This document shows, one piece after another, positions 55,408-64,000 of a stretch of 64,000 bases of DNA. Within the stretch, counting starts at the first letter, position 1; every line of letters starts with the position of its first letter. The position numbers were made by a program, and so were the translations under genes. The notes under the pieces are model-generated. The model worked only from the letters and a program-made list of their open reading frames with translations. It was not told the origin of the DNA and did no database searches. This DNA is from Eledone cirrhosa (Eukaryota), in NCBI GenBank assembly GCA_964016885.1, contig OZ024745.1:117800001-117864000 (forward strand), read 5' to 3'.

Positions 55408-56246
55408 ATATATATATTGTAAAAAGCAAACAATTTCACAATCCAAATTGAAAGTAATGACGTACGTAACTGTCAAAAATTAGTTTCACTTTTGCGACCA
55501 GCCGTTTTGACGTATGCCATATATATATTGCCATAAAGAAGCCATAAAAAATAACGGAAGATATTTACAATTCCGCGAATATGCGTTGGTTTCCACGAAC
55601 AATTATTAGTTAGATTCTAAGGAAAATTCCGGGGATACACTTTACATCGATCTCGAACGGTTGAACTCGGTAATTTTGAACTCGTAGAGCGTAAAGAGCC
55701 GGAACGAATACTGCACAATAGTTACCTGTGAAACGAGGTTATAACGACACTAACAATTAACCGCTTCGTAGTAAAAAAGCAGATTGCTTGAATATAAAAG
55801 TAATTAATTTTAGACATAAATTATGTGCAGTCAGCAGACACGCATGAATCATACAAGGTACTAGCAGAATGGCCCGGCTTTGCTCGGGATTCTAAACATA
55901 GATTGGCTTGTTTATCTCTCCTTTCTGAAACAGTACAGAGAAGTACGGAATACCTCGGCCTCGAGATGGTGTCTACATTTTGTGCTTAAAAAAAATTCGT
56001 CGTAGATTAACCAGGGTTTTTTTTCCGTGCGAAGAAAATCAATACTTTATCGCGAAATAAATACTTTTGTTTATATTTTGTTATTGTGTATGCAAAAATA
56101 TCTGTACACGAATATATAATTATATATATCAAAATAACAGATTAAAGTTTAAGCAAAGAATCGCTGCTTTCACCCTTAACGGGATCTTCTGAAACTAAAA
56201 AAATCAATCTGTGAACGCAGAAGTAAATATTTTGAAAAACGTTACA

Positions 56247-56281
<35 letters not shown>

Positions 56282-56553
56282 AAAGTAACAGATTAAAGTT
56301 TAAGCAAATAATCGCTGATTTCACCCTTAACGGGATCTTGTGAAACTAAAAAAATCAATCTGTGAACGCAAAAGTAAATATTTCGAAAAAACGTTACACA
56401 CTATAGTTTCAGAAGATCCCGTTAAGGGTGAAAGCAGCGATTCTTTGCTTAAACTTTAATCTGTTATTTTAATACATATTTGCTCTACAGTTCTTATATA
56501 TTTGATATATATTTATCCTTATCGAGCCCTCTTTGGATTTTAGTCTTCAAATT

Positions 56554-56606
<53 letters not shown>

Positions 56607-56710
56607 TACATACATACATATATGTATATATATGCGTATATATATATACATACACACATATATATGTATATACATACACGCAATATATATGTATGTATGT
56701 ATATACAGAC

Positions 56711-56778
<68 letters not shown>

Positions 56779-56815
56779 CTGTTGGCTTCACGCTCACAAT
56801 TATTTCTATACTTTC

Positions 56816-56858
<43 letters not shown>

Positions 56859-57872
56859 ATATATATATTGTAAAAAGCAAACAATTTCACAATCCAAATT
56901 GAAAGTAATGACGTACGTAACTGTCAAAAATTAGTTTCACTTTTGCGACCAGCCGTTTTGACGTATGCCATATATATATTTGTTTCTACTTTTAGGCACA
57001 AGGCCAGCAATTACCCAGTGCATTACTGGTACTTTATTTTATCGACCCCGTAAGGATAAAAGGCAAAGTCAACCTCGGCGGGATTTGAACTCAGATCGCA
57101 AAGGGACGTAACTATGCTGGAAAGCATGGCGTCCGACTCTCTACCGATACTGATTGCCATAAAGAAGCCATAAAAAATAACGGAAGATATTACAATTCCG
57201 CGAATATGCGTTGGTTTCCACGAACAATTATTAGTTAGATTCTAAGGAAAATTCCGGGGATACACTTTACATCGATCTCGAACGGTTGAACTCGGTAATT
57301 TTGAACTCGTAGAGCGTAAAGAGCCGGAACGAATACTGCACAATAGTTACCTGTGAAACGAGGTTATAACGACACTAACAATTAACCGCTTCGTAGTAAA
57401 AAAGCAGATAGCTTGAATATAAAAGTAATTAATTTTAGACATAAATTATGTGCAGTCAGCAGACACGCATGAATCATACAAGGTACTAGCAGAATGGCCC
57501 GGCTTTGCTCGGGATTCTAAACATAGATTGGCTTGTTTATCTCTCCTTTCTGAAACAGTACAGAGAAGTACGGAATACCTCGGCCTCGAGATGGTGTCTA
57601 CATTTTGTGCTTATAAAAAAATTCGTCGTAGATTAATCAGGGTTTTTTTTCCGTGCGAAGAAAATCAATACTTTATCGCGAAATAAATACTTTTGTTTAT
57701 ATTTTGTTATTGTGTATGCAAAAATATCTGTACACGAATATATAATTATATATATCAAAATAACAGATTAAAGTTTAAGCAAAGAATCGCTGCTTTCACC
57801 CTTAACGGGATCTTCTGAAACTAAAAAAATCAATCTGTGAACGCAGAAGTAAATATTTTGAAAAACGTTACA

Positions 57873-57931
<59 letters not shown>

Positions 57932-58199
57932 AAAGTAACAGATTAAAGTTTAAGCAAATAATCGCTGATTTCACCCTTAACGGGATCTTGTGAAACTAAA
58001 AAAATCTGTGAACGCAAAAGTAAATATTTCGAAAAAACGTTACACACTATAGTTTCAGAAGATCCCGTTAAGGGTGAAAGCAGCGATTCTTTGCTTAAAC
58101 TTTAATCTGTTATTTTAATACATATTTGCTCTACAGTTCTTATATATTTGATATATATTTATCCTTATCGAGCCCTCTTTGGATTTTAGTCTTCAAATT

Positions 58200-58205
<6 letters not shown>
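55171..58205. repeat. Tandem duplication of a ~1.4-kb unit
   Basis: 55171-56560 is nearly identical to 56605-58205. The second copy carries an extra SINE at 56980-57152. Confidence 0.92.
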
Positions 58206-58266
<61 letters not shown>

Positions 58267-58577
58267 TACACGCACACACATATAGCGACGTCATAATGTC
58301 GTAATGCAGACAGCCAGACATACAGACAGATATTATAAGGGCGCAACGTTATATCTATGTATCTATCTAAAAAGAAAGACTAAGAATTATATAGAGAGAT
58401 CGCTAAATCGCCTAATGCGGTTCCTAGGGCATTGAAAATTTGAAACTTCTTTTGTTTAAAACACTCACAGGACCATAAGTATTACATGTGTAAAGTTTGA
58501 AAACAATCTGTTGGGTAGTTCTCGAGTTTTAGGGAGACAACCAGACAGACATACATTCTCTGTTTTAGATATATAGA
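57486..58577 (-). mobile_element. Non-autonomous Helitron-like element
   Basis: Minus 5' end TCTATATATCTAAAA. 3' hairpin CCCGAGC-AAA-GCCGGG, then CTAG|T. The 3' end is duplicated at 55861. Confidence 0.55.
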
Positions 58578-58640
58578 TATCTAATTCCTCTAATCGAAGT
58601 TTTTATTCACTGAGAGTGGTTCTAATATTACTGAGTGAGA

Positions 58641-59182
58641 CCGCCGAGGTTAACTTTGCCTTTCATCCTTACCGGGTTGATAAAATAAAGTACCAGTAAT
58701 GTACTGGGTAATTGTTGGCCTTGTGCCAAAAGTAGAAACAATTATTAATAAGTGAAATGAGGGCGGTGGATTGGCAGTATCGGTAGAGGGTCAGACACCA
58801 TGATTAGCAGCATAGTTACGGGTCTTTACCGTCTGAGTTCAAATCCCGCCGAGGTTAACTTTACCTTTCATCCTTACGGGCTCGATAAAATAAAGTACCA
58901 GTAATGTACTGGGTCGATTTAATCTACTTTCACCTCCTCTTCAAATTACTGGCCTTGTGCCTATACTAGAAATCATTATTAATGAGTCCAAGGGCGGTGA
59001 ATTGGCAGTATCGGTAGAGGGTGGGACGCCATGCTTTCTAGCATAGTTACATCCCTTTACGATCTGAGTTCAAATCCCGTCGAAGTTAACTTTGCCTTTC
59101 ATCCTTACGGGCTCGATAAAATAAAGTACCAGTAATGTACTGGGTAATTGCTGGCCTTGTGCCAAAAGTAGAAACAATTATT
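58641..59182 (+). mobile_element. Head-to-tail run of three SINE family A copies
   Basis: 58641-58745 (partial), 58760-58980 and 58991-59182 (TSD ATTAATGAGTCC). Confidence 0.9.
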
Positions 59183-59676
59183 AATGAGTCCGTGTTGAGA
59201 ATCTCTCTCTCTTTCTCGCCCTCCTCTCGCTCTCTCGTCCTCCTCTCGCTCTCTCGTCCTCCTCTCGCTCTCTCGCCCCCTCCCTCACTCCACACACACA
59301 CACACACACAAATATATATATATATATATATATACTGAAGTAAAAGTTAAGTGGAAATATCCAAGAGTAAGAGCACTCAGTCCATAGGATGAGTTTAGTA
59401 TAAATAATTACAACAGTGACATGAACATGTACTCAAGCTTCGTTGGGTTCTGAGCCGCAACTCATTCAGCCTCTCATGAGAAAAATAAAAACAAGTGGAC
59501 AGAGTTGCATGCAGGGAAGCAATCCATGCATGTCTCGTAAAGAGTGTCTGGAAATCCCTGTTTGGTGGGTTTCTGTAAGTATGTTTTTGTACATCCTAAT
59601 CTATTTAAATACTTCCTAATTGATTTGTCGTGCACTAGATAAAGTGTTCTGCTATTTATGTCACACCCAATTATGT

Positions 59677-60700
59677 TCCGAGTTCAAATCCCGTCCAAGT
59701 TAACTTTGCCTTTCATCCTTACGAGGTCGATAAAATAGAGTACCAGTAATGTACTGGGGTCGATTTAATCGACTTCTCCTCCCCCAAAATTGTTGGCTTT
59801 GTACCTAAATCAGAAACCATTATGTATGTACATCCTAGTCTATTTAAGTGGTTTTGAATCGATTTGTCGGGTGCTAGATTGGCGCTATCTATGTCGCACC
59901 CATTACGTTCTCAGTTCAAATCCAACGCGTATTGACTTTCATTTTCAGTGGGATCAATAAAATAAATTTAATCAATATCTGGGTAGCAAAATCAAGTAGA
60001 TCTACATTACTTGTGTCTTCGTAATTATGGTTGAAAAAATATAACTGTTAACAATATTGAAAGTTGGGTATTGGCAGAATCGTTAGGGCGTCGGACAAAT
60101 GCTTTGCGGTATTTGTTAAAGCTGATTTCAAATCCCACCGAGGTCCTCAGTCATGCAGTGGTGTGGATATAATCAAGATCTCCATTCGTCCGAAATTCTG
60201 GCCTTCAGCCTAAATCATTATTTCCTGGGATTGCCAGTATCGGTAGAAGGTCTGACGCCATGCTTTGCAGCATAGAGTTACGTCCCTTTATGGTCTGAGT
60301 TCAAATCTCGCCGAGGTTAACTTTGCCTTTCATCCTTACGGGATCGATAAAATAAAGTACCAGTCACGCACTGGGGTTCATTTAATCGACTTTCTCCTCC
60401 CCCAAAATTGCCGGCCTTGTGCCTATATAAGAAACCATTATTTGAAACTTTCTCTTTTTTATTTTAAAGCATTTATATTTATCTAAAAACCTTCCATCGA
60501 GGTTAACTTTGCCTTTCATCCTTACGGGGTCGATAAAATAAAGTACCAGTAATGCACTGGGTAATTGCTGGCCTTGTGCCTAAAGTAGAAACAATTATAA
60601 TAATTTCATGTAAGAGCCTTTGTTAAGTTGTGCTCCAGTAAAACACCAGTAATGAACTGGGATAATTGCTGGCCTTGTGCCAAAAGTGGAAACAATTATT
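59677..60700 (+). mobile_element. Cluster of SINE family A copies and fragments
   Basis: 59677-59822, 60065-60215, 60227-60441, 60498-60598 and 60640-60700. Confidence 0.85.
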
Positions 60701-60844
60701 TCCTGGTAAAACTGCCCGCTTACGGATATACTCCATCCATCTCTCTGACCCCCATTCTGTCAACTCAACACCGCACACACTTTTCCTTCCATACCCCCCC
60801 CCCCCAATTGCTGGCCTTGGACCTAAATTTTAAACCCTCATGAA

Positions 60845-60990
60845 CAATATTCTACGGGACGTACTAAATTCGAGTTCTGTACTTCACTGGGAGAGAAAGA
60901 CAATTATTTGGCTATTTCAACAAGTCTTCCTCACCATCCTACAGGATGACGCTTTCTCCATTCTGTCCGCTTTGACCACCAGGTGGCCAG
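60845..60990 (+). mobile_element. CRE-like RLE retrotransposon C-terminal fragment
   Basis: ERKTIIWLFQQVFLTILQDDAFSILSA resembles the WLFQRLSLAIQRGNAxSIL terminus, as recalled. Confidence 0.5.
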
Positions 60991-61349
60991 CCTCAAGGAT
61001 TCTGTACGCCAGACCGTACTCCACCACACCACCCAAGCCCATATAATTGGGGTAGCGATCATTGAGTACACTTTGCTCATTTAATGTTTAGTGAAGTTAT
61101 TAGTAGAACAGACAACAGTATTTTACACTTGCTGACAATGATTATTAGTTGGTGGTACACGTGTTAGTTTTATATCACTGTACATAATAGCATACAGTTC
61201 CGACTGTGTGGTATATATTCACAACTACGTGAAGTGTACTGTCTGAGGGTTAGGTCTTGAGATACAGATTACGGACCGCTCTATGAACTACTAGCTTACT
61301 TAATAGTCACATAAATTGGTATGGTATTGTCCCGTAACACCTGATAAAG

Positions 61350-61657
61350 CCGGAGGAGCGCCGTATTACATACAGTGTTTCTTAGGCATATTAAAGCCTG
61401 GCAGAGCCCCTCTCTCTCTAGGTCTGAATACAGTAGATTTCTTCCAGAGAAAGATAGAGAGTGAGAGAGGAAGCGAGAAAGAGATATAGAGGAAGAATCA
61501 ACCCCAGTACTAGACTGGTACTTTTATTTATCGACCTCGAAAAGATGAAGGGCAAAGTTGACCTCGGGGGGATTTGAACTCAGAGCGCAGAGAGCCGGAA
61601 CTAATACCACAAAACATTCTATCCGACGTTCTAACGAATCTGCTAATTTCCCGCCTT
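61350..61657 (-). mobile_element. SINE with a family-A-like head and core but a different CT-rich 3' tail
   Basis: tRNA head and core at 61495-61657. The tail is homologous to 32935-33078 and 38400-38545. Confidence 0.75.
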
Positions 61658-61680
61658 AGCCACATCTATCTATCGTTCTA

Positions 61681-62077
61681 TCTAGATATTACTAAAAGTC
61701 TGTGATTGCTGGTTTGTCTGTAACGCAATACAGCCACAAGGATGCATAATGGGCAAATACTTTGAAAGGAAGTTGCCCCTGAAATGGGAATACAAATGGA
61801 ATAAAACAAGTTTCGCGTAAATCGGACCACGGGTTCCCGAGATATGGGTTTTATTCCACTACCTTCATAAACAAAAAGAGAGAGAAAGATAGAGAGGATG
61901 AGATAGTGGTTGTGACAGAGTAGATTGAAAGAGAGACATCGAGAGAGGGGGAGGAGACAGAAGGAGAATGGAAGAGAGAGAGAGAACTGTTGGTGGTGTT
62001 GTGTATATATATGAGTGCGTGTGTATATATATATGTGTGTGTGTGTGTCTATGACCAGTGTATATAGATCAGACACC

Positions 62078-62125
<48 letters not shown>

Positions 62126-62319
62126 CGCATAGATATATATATACACACACACACATTTATATACATACACACACGTATATATATGGGCCTTCCAGTTTCA
62201 TTTCACATTATATACATGTCTGTGTATATTTTAATTATTTAAAAATTATTTTCAAGTGAACGTGATTTTTTAAAAAACTTTGAAGTGAACGTGACCCGGT
62301 CACGCGTGGTGTGGTCTAG
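61681..62319 (+). mobile_element. Non-autonomous Helitron-like element
   Basis: A|TC 5' end, GTGACC-C-GGTCAC hairpin and CTAG|T 3' end. Relatives at 62330-62470(+) and 15800-15945(-). Confidence 0.6.
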
Positions 62320-62477
62320 TAAAAATCTGGTCTAAAACTGTGATTGCTTCCTTGCTTGCTTGATTGTCTGTAATGTAATACAGCCAAAAGAGTGCATGAT
62401 GGGAAAATACTTTGAAAGGAAGTTAACCCTGAAATGGGGATACAAATGGAATAAAACAAGTGGAATAATACAAATAA

Positions 62478-63751
<1,274 letters not shown>

Positions 63752-64000
63752 GGTCACCAGTTGGTGCTACTGGTAACATGTATCCCAGTACAACCTGTCT
63801 CATGGTCGGGTCGTTGGCGACTAAACTGGCAACCCCACCAAGGTTTCCTGGTGAGGAGGGTGACTTTGGACATCCTGCAGGACTAAAAACAAAACCTGTC
63901 AAAGCGCAAAGGAGCTCTTAAGAGTCAATAGCCATCCAAAATCACTGGGAGAGATGACCCCTTAGCCTTTGTCAAGGCAGAATTCTAGGAGAAGGAAAAC
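63752..64000 (+). mobile_element. 5' part of the RTE-like non-coding element (cut by the window end)
   Basis: Reverse complement of 18231-18479. Confidence 0.8.

Noticed and set aside
55715-55740. Possible donor for the upstream hkb exon (CACAG|GTAAC on minus)
   Set aside because: It encodes RFTG rather than HTG, has no zinc finger upstream, and lies in duplicated repeat sequence.

Overview
AT-rich eukaryotic genomic DNA dense in microsatellites. It is most likely a cephalopod (octopus-type) genome, inferred from the SINE families and the (TA)n/(CA)n density. Almost all long entries in the ORF track are microsatellite artefacts. The only convincing host coding sequence is the last coding exon of a huckebein-like C2H2 zinc-finger gene (43447-43622, minus). 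The rest is repeat-derived: tRNA-derived SINEs (two main families), LINE fragments (R4/Dong-like, RTE, CRE-like), a Penelope-like GIY-YIG element, a mariner fragment, MITEs, Helitron-like elements and a 5-kb 46-bp satellite with a higher-order repeat. The main hidden signal is about 20 minimal type-I hammerhead ribozyme motifs from roughly 15 sequence families. They sit in short non-coding modules mostly flanked by (TA)n, often as inverted or palindromic pairs, and many have palindromic helix III and variant cores (U3-A8 covariation, C4). One lies in the 3' end of the GIY-YIG Penelope-like element. All folds and translations were read by eye, so boundaries are approximate.
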